Shown here: positions 23,518 through 37,084 of the stretch, one piece after another | How the letters are laid out: the number at the start of each line of letters is the position of its first letter | Position numbering within the stretch: the stretch's first letter is position 1 | Assembly: GCA_964016885.1 (NCBI GenBank) | Contig: OZ024743.1 | Span: forward strand, 155,372,001-155,436,000 | Length of the DNA: 64,000 nt | Origin: Eledone cirrhosa | Lineage: Eukaryota | Direction: 5' to 3' | Position numbers and translations under genes: made by a program | Notes under the pieces: generated by a model | Database searches by the model: none | Seen by the model: only the letters and a program-made list of their open reading frames with translations | Told to the model about the DNA's origin: nothing

Positions 23518-25526
23518 CTCTGTAGAATACATAGCGTAATTTCCCTTCCTTTACACTTCCTACGGAAATACATCATGTATACATAAACTATTATTCAATA
23601 TATATATATATATATATATTATATTATTCAAAATATTAATAAATGAAAAATATTCTCATAATAAAATTATTTATTTTATGATACACATTTCAAAGGTACA
23701 ATGTTGTTTAAGTACGTTTTCAGCAGACAAAATATAATATTTGATATGCGACATAACGCCACGATTTGGATTATTCAATTCCACTAGTGGGAGTTGATAT
23801 ATTTCACCAACCCTAAACGTTTTTATACCACAGAAAATATGATAAACATAGCGAAGAAGAGGACGTAAAGCAATATAGAAGGGAAGTTGAGATGGAAGAT
23901 GAAAGAAAAAGAAGAGAAATAAACAAATAAATAAATAAATAAATAAATAAATAAATGAATAAAAGAAGAAACATATATGTAAGAGAAAAAATGGGAATAA
24001 CATCAGAAGAAAGGGAAGATGCGGGAAGAAAAAAACAAAGAAAGAAAAACAAATAAAAGAAACATAAAGGTAATAAAGAAATACGAAGAAGAGGAAAACA
24101 AAAGGGTAAAATAAAGGGGAGAATAAAAACCGTTGTATTCAAAAGCTAGACAAAATTAGAAATTAAAATGTTTTTCATATTTATCAGTGGACATCGCTTG
24201 TATTGGATTACGCTTTAGTTTATATTTTATCCAGATTATTAGGCTTAGATTACTCTCTATAGCAATTACATATTTAACTTAATTACACATTTATATGTTT
24301 AAATTAATTTAATTTAATTTATCTGATTCTAGATTATTATAATTTTTTTATTATAAGGTAAGATATTCTATTCTATACAAAACAACTTTAAAAGAATTTA
24401 TCTTTAGAGCCTAATTAAATAATTATTAAATATGTATTAAAATATAATAACATGCATAAGCCCCATCAACATATATAATATATTTTGTTCATTGATTATT
24501 TAAATTAATTTAAAATTTCAAAATTCACTTATTGTGAAACTTCATAATTTTTTTAATTTTCATTTATTTCTTAGAATCCAACTGTGGTTATATTTACTCT
24601 CCCTAAATTTTATTTCATTTAATGAAAGGTTATATTTACTTCTGTATTTAATTATTCTGATATATATAGTTTCCTTTTAATAATAGTCTATGTATTATTA
24701 AACTATTAATCATTATTCATTAATCCATATTTTATATTTTATATATGTTTTTTCAAACTAATCAAAAGAATTTACGGACAATGTAAACAAAAGGATAACT
24801 CATTTACAATCTAAATGCATTTTTAGCTTATAGGGAATCTCTTCTCTCACAACCAGCTATATTTTAAGAACCTTAATCTATCTATTGTATATATCCTAAT
24901 TGATGCGTAATTAAATATTGAACTATCCTAATCAAATCATAGGATAAAACAAATCGCAATGAGGTTATACTATTACATATACATATCTATAAATTATTAC
25001 TTCAATTAGGCAAAATTTACATATATTTAAGTTGTTATTTGTCCTTATTATTTTGGAACTGGTACATTGCCTGGAACGTTTTATCAATTTTACGTTGACA
25101 ATTACTAAATTATGCATTTTCTTTTTTTTTTTTTTTATTAAATTGTCATAGTTTGTGCTTATGTGAAATATCTCTTCATTGCAAAGATAGCATTCCGTAA
25201 TTTCCCCCAAGAGATGGAGTATTTAATATTATTATCCTTTAAAGACCATACTAATTGTGAAAGTGAATTTGAACATTTTTTATCCGGTCTATTAAAAGTA
25301 TGTCTGTGATTATTATCAGTTGCCTTAATGGTACAAATATATACTAGATTTTTATCAAGGCAATTATTTTGTAAAGTGCATTCAGACCTATTTCTACAAT
25401 TAGATTTATTCTCAATGTTATTTACAGACATTATACTATTATCATAGCTATGTAAAGGCGTTCTACTTTTATTCCTGTTTACATTATTATTATTGTTATT
25501 CCTATTAACTAATATATTATTATTAT

Positions 25527-25803
25527 CGGTGGATTGGCAGTATCGGTAGAGGGTCTGACGCCATGCTTTGACCAAAGAGTTACGGCCCTTTCCATTCTGA
25601 GTTCAAATCCCGCCGAGGTTAACTTTGCCTTTCATCCTTACGGGGTCGATAAAATAAAGTACCAGTAATATACTGGGTATTTGATGGCCTTGTGCCAAAA
25701 GTAGAAACAATTATTATTATTATTATTACTGTCGATAAGATAAAGGACCAGTAATGCACAGGGTAATTTTTGGCCTATTGCCTAAAGTAGACACAATTAT
25801 TAC
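25527..25803 (+). mobile_element. SINE plus duplicated SINE tail inside the PLE ORF
   Basis: SINE consensus 25527-25715; second tail 25731-25803. Confidence 0.9.
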
Positions 25804-28629
25804 TGCTTATTAGAGGTTGGTTTGATTTTAGATACTTATTATTTATTTTTGCAATATTTTGAGCAATATTCATAGTAGTTGAGGAAGAGAGTTTAACTGT
25901 GTGTCTATTGAAGATAGGGTACTATTTACGAGATCTACAGAAGCATTTATCCACAGCTTTACAAAATAAATGTGCTACATGTCTCTTAATAGCTAAATAT
26001 GCTGGCGGTGCATACCAAATTATAGATCGATGTTCTTAGTTTTTTCTGCGATTTATTCATGCAGTTGTTTTTATATTCATTTCTATTATGATTATTATGA
26101 TTATAATTAATTTTATTTTGATGGATTTCTGTATTTTTATCTATATACTCAATCTTATTGTTATATCCCGCTTTATGTAACGCTTCATTATAATATAAAG
26201 CCTTACTATTAATTATGGATCTATTAGCAGAGAGCTTGGATATTCGTTGTTGTACACTGTTGACTATTGCATTCTTAACAATTTTAGGATGATTTGAATA
26301 AAAACTAACATAATTTAAGTTCCAATTGACTTTATGGAAAGGGTAATAAAGGCCTGAGTTAACTATTTTACTATTATTTTCTATTTCCAATTTCAGGTCA
26401 ACATTTAAAAAGAATTCTATAATTGCTTTCTTTACTCTATTTAAATCACTATTGTTATGTTTTTCTACAATAAATAGTATGTCGTCCCTATATAAACCTC
26501 CGGTGATCTCCGGCAATTTTCTATTTATTATGTTAAGGATAAAAATGCACACTAAATCCGTAACCTGAGGTAATTCCGAAAACCCATAGTAATGTCAAAA
26601 TTCTTCGGTCTATCAGCGCTAGTCCAAAGATTATTATTAAAATCAATCAGGGATCGCCTTGCTGTTAATATAATATGTATCTCCTCACTAGATATGTCTG
26701 TGTGTTTGTATGCATATGATAGCGCTTTATTTAATAGATTGGTAGTTATCGAGGAATAATAACTGCCTATATCCATTTGAATAAACTTATAATTATTTTT
26801 ATGTTTAATATTTATGAACCAATCTTGTGCCTTTCCATATATTTAGTTGTGATTTCAATTTAAGTGTTGGTATAATCCTATCTATTATATGCTTACAAAT
26901 GATTCCTAGATTGGATTTAAAGTTGATATGAGTTTAACTGGTGAATGCCATCAAATATGTTGTTATCGTCTTTCGTATTAATCCGCGGCTGTTTTGGCAT
27001 GAAAGGTTCAGTTTTACGCTCTATTCCTAGGTTGGTGAATAATTGTGTATGCCTCCTTATTTATGTCCAATAAATCCTCGCTTGAGGCCTTTTTATAGTT
27101 TTTCCTCAGTTCTTTTAAAATTAAATTATTGTATTTACTCTTTCCATCCCATATAGGTTTATTCGATTTTTCCGATTTAACTAATATCTTATTTGTTTTT
27201 TGCATGTCAACAATTTTATCTTTTAGGCCTCTGAGCTATACTGGCCTCTATATGGGTTTCCTTTTAAATTGAATGTTCCTTATTATATTTATAATTTCAT
27301 TTTCCAAATTAGCCAGGAGGATTTTTTTCTAGATCTAAAAATATGATGAAAATTATGATTGGTTATTTTCTTATCAATTTTTTCTTTGTTTTCGAAGTGG
27401 AAATCACGCCACTGCAGTCTTCTTATGAAGGAGTTGGATTTCTCAATAAGCTGTCTCATATATTCATCATTGAATGGTAGTGGTATATCCTTGAGGGATG
27501 TAGAAATCCTGAAGAATTCCATCATTTATTTAGAATCTATTGTAGAAGAAGCGCTCTACCTTCGGGGAGAAAAGTATGACCAAAGATTAATATGGTTCGT
27601 TGATTATTCAACGAATACCATTTTACAATACATTAGAAGCACTCGACAAAAGATTTTCCTGGAGCCTTTAATATCATTCAAAACATTAAAAAATTAAAAA
27701 TATTCTCATAATCAAAATATAAAATGTATTATACATATTTCACAGGTACAATGGTGTTTAACTACGTTTTCATCAAATAAAATATAAGATTTGATATGCG
27801 ACATACCGCTACGGTTTTGATTATTCAATTCCAATAGTGGACTGGATTTATTTCACCAACCCTCAACGTTTTCATACCGCAACAACTATGATAAACTTAG
27901 CGAAGAGGAAGACTAGAGCAAGGAAGAAATATAGAAGGGGAGTTGAGATGGAAGATGCAAAGGAAAGGAAGATAAATAATAAATAAATAAATGAATAAGG
28001 GAAGAAAAAACAAAGAAAGAAAAAAAGAAAAAAAAGAAAAAATGAAAGGGAATAAAGAAAAGAGAAGAAGAGGAATAGAAAAGGATAAAATAAAGGGGAG
28101 GATAAAAAAACCGTTGTATTCAAATGCTAGACAAATTTAGAAATCAAAATTTGTTCATTCATATTTATCAGTCAATATCGCTTGTATTGGATTACGCTTT
28201 AGTTAATTATAAGTTTATATTGTATTCAGATTATTAGGCATATATTACTCTCTATAGCAATCAAATATTTAACTTAATTACAAATTTATATGTTTAAATT
28301 AATTTAATTTAATTTATATCATTCTAGATTATATAATATTTTATTGTAACGTAAGATATTCTATTAATATTATACTACAACTTTAAAATAATTTATCTGT
28401 GAAGCCTAATTAAATATCCCCATCAATATATATAATATAATCATTTTATTAAAATTTCACTTATTGTGAAACTTCATTATTTTTTAATTTTCATTTATTT
28501 CTTAGAATCCAACTTTGGTTATATTTACTCTCTATAAATTTTAGTTCATTTAATGAATGGTTATATTTACTTATGTATTTAATTATTCTGATATAGATAG
28601 TTTCCTTTTAATGGTAGTCTATGTATTCT

Positions 28630-28799
28630 GTAGAGGGACGGATGCCATGCTTTGACGCATAGAATTACGGTCCTTGCCATTCTGAGTTCAAATCCCGCCG
28701 AGGTTAAGTTTGCCTTTCATCCTTACGGGGTCTATAAAATAAAGTACCAGTAATGCATGTGTAATTGCTGGCCTTGTTCCAAAAGTAGAAACAATTATT
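28630..28799 (+). mobile_element. SINE inside the upstream pLTR (absent from the other pLTR)
   Basis: SINE consensus; the equivalent site at ~24690-24720 is empty. Confidence 0.9.
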
Positions 28800-29302
28800 T
28801 AATAATCCATATATTATATTTTATATATGTTTTTTCAAGCTAATCAAAATAATTTACGGACACTGTAAACAAAAGGAAGATAACTCATTTACAATCTAAA
28901 AGCATTTTTTAACTTATAGGGAATATCTTCTCTCACGTCCAGTTATATTTTAAGAACCTTAAACTATCTATTTTATATATCCTAATTGATGTCTAATTAA
29001 ATATTGAACTATCCTAATCAAATCAAAGGATAAAAAAAACTTTCAATGAGGTTATTCTATTACATATAAATATCTATAAATTATTACTTCAATTAGGCAA
29101 ACATTACATATAGTTAAGTTGTTATTTGTCCTTATTTTTTGGAACTGGTACATTGGCTGGAAAGTTATACCGATTTTATGGTGACAACTACTAAATAATT
29201 CATTTTTTTTTCTTGATTAAATTGTCAACTATTTTTTGTGGTATAATAACGTTGAGGGTTGGTGAAATAAATAACTGCGGTATGTCGCATAACAAATATT
29301 AT

Positions 29303-29360
29303 ATTTTATCTGATGAAAACGTACTTAAACACCATTGCCCCTTTGAAATATGTATATATA
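29303..29360 (+). ncRNA. Type-I HHR motif of the 23.6-29.5 kb PLE (other copies on the minus strand at ~23673-23733 and ~27725-27785)
   Basis: AUUUUAU-CUGAUGA-AAA..UUU-GAAAU-AUGU-AUA. The 23.7-kb copy keeps stem I (AUUUUGU/AUAAAAU) and an AUC site but has CUGCUGA. Confidence 0.7.
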
Positions 29361-29519
29361 TATATTTTGATTATGAGAATATTTTTCATTTATTAATATT
29401 TCGAATAATATTAAATACTCCAGGAAAATTTGTTGTCGAGTGTTTCTAATCTATTGTAAAATTGTATTCGTTGAATAATCAACGAACCATGCTAATCTTT
29501 GGTTATATATATAAAATTG

Positions 29520-29637
29520 TTAGGTTTGAAACTTTTCATTGTATTCAATTATTTAATACATATATATTAGTCCATTTTAATTTCCATATATACATACAAA
29601 CACACATACACACATATATGCATACATACATACATAC

Positions 29638-29706
<69 letters not shown>

Positions 29707-29803
29707 CATATATGTATGTGTTTATGTATGTATATATGTAAGTTAAAATGGACTAATGTATATGTATTAAATAATTGAATATAATGAAATGTTTCAAACC
29801 TAA
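29520..29803. repeat. ~60-bp inverted repeats flanking a CA/TA/TG microsatellite
   Basis: ttaggtttgaaac...tagtccattttaa (29520-29580) versus ttaaaatggactaa...gtttcaaacctaa (29743-29803). Confidence 0.8.
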
Positions 29804-30104
29804 TAAGTTCAGTCCTTTCAAAAATTGCACGATATAAAATAAAATTGTAAAAATGGTTAAACCATCACATAAATACATCCATATTATTTGCTGCGGCTCT
29901 TTCTGTTCATAATTCAATTCGTATCGAGATCAAGTATGTTTTCCGTTGTGCCGGGTTCGAAATATGTTGTACAATTGAAAGTTTATATATTCGACATTCT
30001 ACTCTCGCTACTTAATGAGGGCTGATTATTAAGTAGAAACCAATAATGTGGTGGTTTGTTTTAGGAAGATAATTAAAAATGACTTTGGTCAGTACAAACG
30101 TAAT

Positions 30105-30312
30105 CATTTTTGTTATTTAGACACATTTTTGGGGAGCAGAAGAAAGTCGATTCAGTCGACTGCAGAACATTACTGGTAATTTATTTTATTGACCCTGTAA
30201 ACTTGAAAAGCAAAGCTAATCTCAGGTGGACTTGAAATCAAAAAGAAAGAGCCATAATTCAATGCCATGAAGGATGTTGTCTGATGCACTCCCGATACAA
30301 CCATTCCACCCT
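30105..30312 (-). mobile_element. Old diverged SINE subfamily
   Basis: Degenerate ttactggtaatttattttattgaccctgtaa..tgaaaagcaaag block, with an extra gtcga..tcgac hairpin. Confidence 0.65.
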
Positions 30313-33300
30313 CTACGTCATTACTAATAGAATAATGATTGTATTCACATTAATATATTGTATTAAATTAAAGTTAATATTTAGAATAATATCTGATACA
30401 GGAATAAAGATATTCCAGCAATGATCATTCCATCTTTTAATATTTACCGAGGACTGTACCCCTTTTTGGTTAAGACGATGTACTTTGATTTGAATCATAT
30501 TTGCTTACTATATTTAGTACCGTAAAACTCTCGACAGCAGCTACTAGTGAAGATGGGGAGGTGTTTCTGTCACTCATAATATTATCGATGATAATATAGA
30601 TGTGATTTTTTATATTTGTTTTCCTACGTTCCCATTTGCTTATACAGTCTGTTTATTTCTATTTAACTCTCTTTCGCAATATTTCTAAAGGAAAATGTTT
30701 GAAATTAGTACTACATAATTATAAACGATGTCCCTCATTAAGAACATCTCTTTTAAATTCAAAAGTCGTGATCATATTTATTCTATCATAACGCCTAGGT
30801 ACGACTATAGAGAAACAAGTGACGATGTCACCAGAGATCAGGCTTCCACTGTTTCTAATAAATCATGCCAGAATATAAAACTGAACAGAATGATATCGAA
30901 ATTGATTGCAAATTGCATTGCTTTTGAACATTTTACTGATCTTTGAAACCATCATATGGACTGATTGTATCTAGATTTAACTGTTCTTTTCTTTTTATTT
31001 CCATAATTAATGCCTATGTTATTTTGCGATGAAACTCAAATGATTAATTTTACTCAACTCATATAAATTATTTTGCCACATTAAAAAATCAATACAAGTA
31101 CAATGTTTCATGTCTGACATACGAACAACTTGTTTAATGATGTTTTGAATACAGTTGCATGCACATATTAAGCATATATGCACAGGATATAAGAGGCAAA
31201 TTATGCTTTTGATTCCTTTTTCAAAGATATGCCTGGTAGATATTCATTAGAATGTGTGCACAATGGGAGAAATATGAATTTAATGATAAAGCAATAAAGT
31301 AACAAGTTGAACAATTAAGGCAAAATCAATAGCAGCAATATACATCATCACCAACCAGATATAGGATAAATATGAGAAAATTACCATGGTGATGTGGATA
31401 GCAAATATTAAAGTAACCGTCCGAAAAACAACGAGAGCAGCAACAGTGACAGAAAGTATAAAAACAACAGGCTTTAAAACGGTAAATATGGGAGTAAGAC
31501 AAAGGAGTATAATAAAAGACAATAAGAAATTATTATAGAAGTAAAAATATTTTTTAACAGAAAAGGAGCATCGGTAACACCAGCAACTGGAATATCTAAA
31601 GTGATGGAAACAATATTGAAAAAACCGACACCACAATACCAAACACAATACTATCAGCAGTAAGCAAAGTAATGTCATAAACAAAAGTGGAACATACATT
31701 CAAACCAACGTGTACAATAGTGACCTGCATCTTTCATTAAAAAAACGTGTTCCGTTGTTTATTATTTAAGTTGATGTTGTTTCTATTCTATTTTCAACCA
31801 CTAACAATATTCCTCAGTGTAGCGAATTAATTCCATGACTAGAAAAAGAATGGAATACAGGCAAGTTAAGCAAATAGGAATATGAATATAGGAAAAGCGA
31901 AACGAAGACACGTACATGTTATGATGAATTATTACTAGGAATTTATTTCTTCTTCAATTATGTTTTTCATTTATTCTTTTTTTTTGCTCTTGGGTGAGAG
32001 AATCCTATTAAATTCTTTCAGATCTAGTTACAAAACATCATTTATATTCATTACTTTCAGATTCACTATGACGGCGTACCGGAACAGAACTTGCTGTGCG
32101 ATCGGCTTTGTTTGTGTTTATATGTAAATATTTGTGTATGCACACATACAACATAGAGTATTACAGCTCCTTTTTACATAATTTGATGTTATTTTAAGTA
32201 TCAAAATTACATGAATGCGAGAAAATGTACCAGTCACTCGATAAGTAGATCTTTGTTTCCACAAAATATTTCAATCATCTCTTAGCTCTACATTTGAAAT
32301 GATATTATTCATTAATATGAATCAAATATTTACATATAGTTTCAGTGCGCTACTAGATCATTTTACAGGTGAAATCAATGTTAGAATTAAGCGAAATTAT
32401 ATAAAATGATATACTGGTACACGATATCAAGCGACTATCCGTCACTGCTACTGTATACGATCAAACATGAGTAAAAACTCAGCTAAGCTGTGGAGGATTC
32501 CAATAAAATTACCGTTTGAAATATGTTACATAGGTGTGAATAAGAATACTTATATAATTAAATCTCATCCATCAATCGTTATTAAGTAATTATTTTATCA
32601 GTCAATATCATAAATATATGTAAATATTCGCTATATCTTACTAGAGTAAACAAGGCCACAACGCAGAATATTACCTGTGCCCTTCTATAGGCAACATTAT
32701 ATAGGCAACATCGATATCATCCGTCACATAGTAGCCTCTAAAAGTATATAGGGAGAGATAGCAGCTACTGATAAGGACTAAAAGGCATTCGATTGCGCTA
32801 GTTCAACAACTATATTTCTTTCAATTCGACAACGTGTTACATAATATGGTTAGAGAGATTTTAGCCTACTCTTTATAGTAATAGAAAAAGGAAAGCAATC
32901 GACACGGACGTAGTGCACTCGCAAACTGATGAACCCTAAACACAGGGCAGAAACTTTTCCGAATTATCCATATGTATTTCTATCTTCCAATATATTTTAT
33001 CTGGGATCAAATTATACACATTATATTACAAATGTCAGATAAATTCCGAAGTCATAGTGTGTTGTACAATATATCGGTGAAACAAAATATTGTTATATCA
33101 TTTAATACTCAATTGTTGCTCTCGTGCTCTCTTTTTTTTATCAAACTCGGAGTTTTCAACAAAGCCAGAGGGCGCACACAGTCCTTCCTTCAAACTGTGA
33201 TATGTTCAGTGCGACGGGATTGCCTACTTTCACCAAAACCTCCTACCAACATTGTAGCACAAATGTTGCTTACATTCTAAATGTATTCCTTTCTTCACCA

Positions 33301-33834
33301 TCTACAGATATTTAGAAAAACTAGACTAGTAAGATGTAAAGAATTTTACCATGTGACCTTTAAAATGACAGTGACAGCATCTCCATTTATTATCAGGTAT
33401 ACATCCAACGTTATGTCCTTGGTTGTATATTCAATAATACGTACTTCGTATATCTCCACGTAAGGGAACATGTAGACTCTCTTTTTTATCTGCTTTCTCT
33501 CCTAATAGCCATTTGGATTGTGTTCACCATTATTCCTTTATTATATAACAATTATGCAATATACACCTGATGATGTCACCAGGATATTACGTAAACTGAC
33601 CACTGAAATCTACACAGGGTGTGCTGAAATAAATCTTTGAAAGACTTTCACCTGTCCGGCCTCCTGTCATTTTACTTAATAATAACTAACTCCGCTCTCA
33701 CACCACCGACAAGATTCAATCATCAAGGATGGATGAGTTGCATAACGTAGAGTATTTTTTTTATATTGCATCATGGTTGATTATACGCAATGACCAGTTC
33801 TATCTAGTGGTTAACCACCAAACTTAAATGTGTG

Positions 33835-33886
<52 letters not shown>

Positions 33887-34130
33887 ACGGCGTTGAATTT
33901 GTATGGCAAGTTTTGGATGTGAAATCGTGTGTTGAAACAAATATTGTTATATTTGGGGAGAGTCATATTTTTATAATATTGCCAGAAATATATAGTAATA
34001 TGCACTCACTGTTTGTTTTGGGTTGGTTTTCGCTTTCGTATATTTTATATCCCTATAGTTAATTCAGCTAGCTCTCAATGTTTATCATAGATTGATGTCA
34101 CTGGTGTGTGATGTAAGAACTCTGAGAAAC

Positions 34131-34192
<62 letters not shown>

Positions 34193-34909
34193 TATAACAC
34201 AATTTTTAACTGTTGGTCTATCAATGATAAACATTGATTGCCAGCTGCATTTAATCAACCCAAACAAAACATATTATTCATTGTTGTACAGCACATGGTT
34301 AACATTAAAACACCTTAGAATCTAATTGCTTTCTGGTTGGAAGATAAGAAGGTATGTCAGAAATACTTCATATATACATAGCAAATGAGAACAACGTCTT
34401 AACTTTTCTAAACAACCATTATGGCAAATGCAGGTGGGAAAAAATGGAATAAAAAAATGTTAAGAGGTAGGAAGAAAATAATGTGATGAAAAACAAATGA
34501 ATAAAAAGTAAGGGAAGTAAAAAATAATATATAACGCTCAAATAACAATAGGAATAATGGAATATAGTAAAGAGAAATCACAGCCACAGAACACATCTAC
34601 TGGAAATATTCCTCTACGAGCGACAAATGTAACAAGATGTAACAAATGAGAAAAAGAAGCTAAGTAAAGTAACATATATAAACGTCTAATGTAAAAAACA
34701 AATCACTCCTACGGAAAAAACACTTGAAGTATTATTCTATAATTGTAACAAATAATATGCAACTAGTTGCTCTGTAAATCTGGAAAAACTGGCGCGACTA
34801 TGAAGTAGACAAGTAACACAAGGGGGCTGTATATATATCCAAAATTAAATTAACGGTTGTCATGTCTGAGAGACATGCGCCATATCTACTGCAGAAATAT
34901 ATTGACACA

Positions 34910-34950
<41 letters not shown>

Positions 34951-35194
34951 AACATATAAAACAATCACAGGGAATAATTTGTAAAGTGTGTAAGCACACA
35001 TTACTAGGTAGGTAACTAATTAAAGTTTAACTAGATCTTCAAATATATATAGATTTTAAAATGATTAATCTCCTTTGTATATATTTCTTTAAATAAAAAA
35101 TATATTTCACCAATTAATCGGTAAATCACAGTAGTCAAATCAATATATGTATATATATCTATATATATATATATAACTGTAAAACAAATTTTGT

Positions 35195-35298
35195 ATTTCA
35201 ACTGATGAAAGCGCACGAACATTTGCCTTGGTTGCCCTTGAAATATATATAATAAAATAATTATGGTTTTATAAATATAGTTTCCATTTATTAATATA

Positions 35299-35300
<2 letters not shown>
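35195..35300 (+). ncRNA. Solo pLTR fragment with HHR core, related to 55534-55641
   Basis: CUGAUGA-AAG..CUU-GAAAU-AUAU-AUA-AUAAAAU, followed by tatggttttataaatatagtttccatt as at 55602-55628. Lies between two (TA)n tracts; stem I decayed. Confidence 0.65.
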
Positions 35301-35392
<92 letters not shown>

Positions 35393-35409
35393 ATATATAT
35401 ATGTATATA

Positions 35410-36266
35410 TATGAAAGACGTAAAATAAGAAAATTTTAAAATTTTTAAATTAATTTACTTACTAAAATTTTCACTCCAACTAATTAGTTTATGTAAGCGA
35501 ATAAATATAGTTAGGTAACGCAACCAGAGAGAAATCCTTACGTCATCAGAGAGTCTATTCTCAGCTAAGTTCCCATAACAATGCGCGGAAATTAGGAACC
35601 CATATAATACGAGCGGATTTTCAGTGGATGGAAAAAAGCGAGCGGGGACTAGATTCCAGGGCACTGAACAGATTCACTGCCTTCTTGGTCAGTGGCAAAT
35701 TCTAAAGAATCAATCACGTGACACTGAGTTTAATCAGTGAGGAGTGGAGGGGTAATAAGACAAGAGCCTAACTACTACCATGAATCATAGTAGTAATTTC
35801 GGCAAGTTTTGCTCAACAAATAATTTGGAGATAAATATAGAGAATTAGTATATCTACCAACATATGTATACAGATGTATAACTATGCTAGCAAATATATA
35901 TGTTATGTCTTAGTACCTTTGTGGTTCTATGCAAGGGGATGCAAAACAATTATATGAAATACGTAAAATAAGAAAATTTTAAAATTTTAAATTTAACTTA
36001 CTTACTAAAATGTTCACTCCAACTAATTAGTTTCTGTAAGGAAATAAATATAGGTACGTAACGTAACCATAGAGACATCCTTACGTCAACAGGGAGTCTA
36101 TTCTCAGCTAAGTTCCCAGGCAATGCGCGGACACTAGGAACCTATATAAAAATAATTATTCAGTGGATGGAAAAAAGCTAGCGTGGACTAGATTCCAGGG
36201 CACTGAAAAAATTCACTGCCTACTTGGTCAGTGGCAAATTCTAAAGAATCAATCACGTGACACTGA
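35410..36266 (-). mobile_element. ORF-less tandem element (543-bp period, ~1.6 units) with one HHR per unit; retrozyme-like / non-autonomous PLE derivative
   Basis: The repeat restarts at ~35953. Minus-strand HHR motifs at 35473-35554 and 36016-36097. Flanked by (TA)n. Confidence 0.75.
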
Positions 36267-36498
36267 TAATTAAGTATATGAATATATATATATATATATT
36301 TATATGTATATATATATAATTATATCAACGGAGAGAGAGAGAGAGATGGAGAGAGAGGGATACAGTATGTAGCCAGTCGAGGACTACCGTCACAGCTTCC
36401 GCTGTTCCTTATTCATTGGAAGTATATACCAGTTTTATTACTTGTCTACTTCACAGTCGCCCCAGTTCTTCCAGATTTACGCACACACACATACACAC

Positions 36499-36755
<257 letters not shown>

Positions 36756-37037
36756 AGTTAATTAAGTAATTAAATAAAAGTGGCGTAGACATTACAATAC
36801 AATAGGGGGAAACTTAATAGTAGCACTGATCATTATAAGGTGTGAGACGAAAGAACTTTGATAGACTATATATGTATATATATTTATATCTGTATTTTTT
36901 ACCGCTGGTCAATCAATGACAAACATTGATTGTCGAATAAATTAACTATAGAGAAACGAAAACCAACCAAACTGTGAGTGTGTTCTGTTATTATTTATGG
37001 CAAAATTATGACAATATGACTCTGCCCTAGTATAAAA

Positions 37038-37080
<43 letters not shown>

Positions 37081-37084
37081 AGGA

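Larger units (their letters stand above)
23627..29513 (-). mobile_element. Full-architecture Penelope-like element (Hydra-type): pLTR-ORF-pLTR plus inverted partial pLTR; ORF decayed
   Basis: Direct repeats ~23627-25148 and ~27678-29227; inverted copy 29233-29513 of ~27580-27885. ORF remnants from 27525 to ~25100: SLKDIPLP..QLIEK..FIRRLQW, DIGSYYSSI, FDITMG, GGLYRDD, SNHPK, NCRNRSEC.L..CL..NLVY.C, LSQLVWSLK, W..CYLCNEE. Confidence 0.88.

Noticed and set aside
31280-31699. 139-aa hydrophobic ORF
   Set aside because: Antisense of an A-rich UTR-like tract; no recognisable motif.
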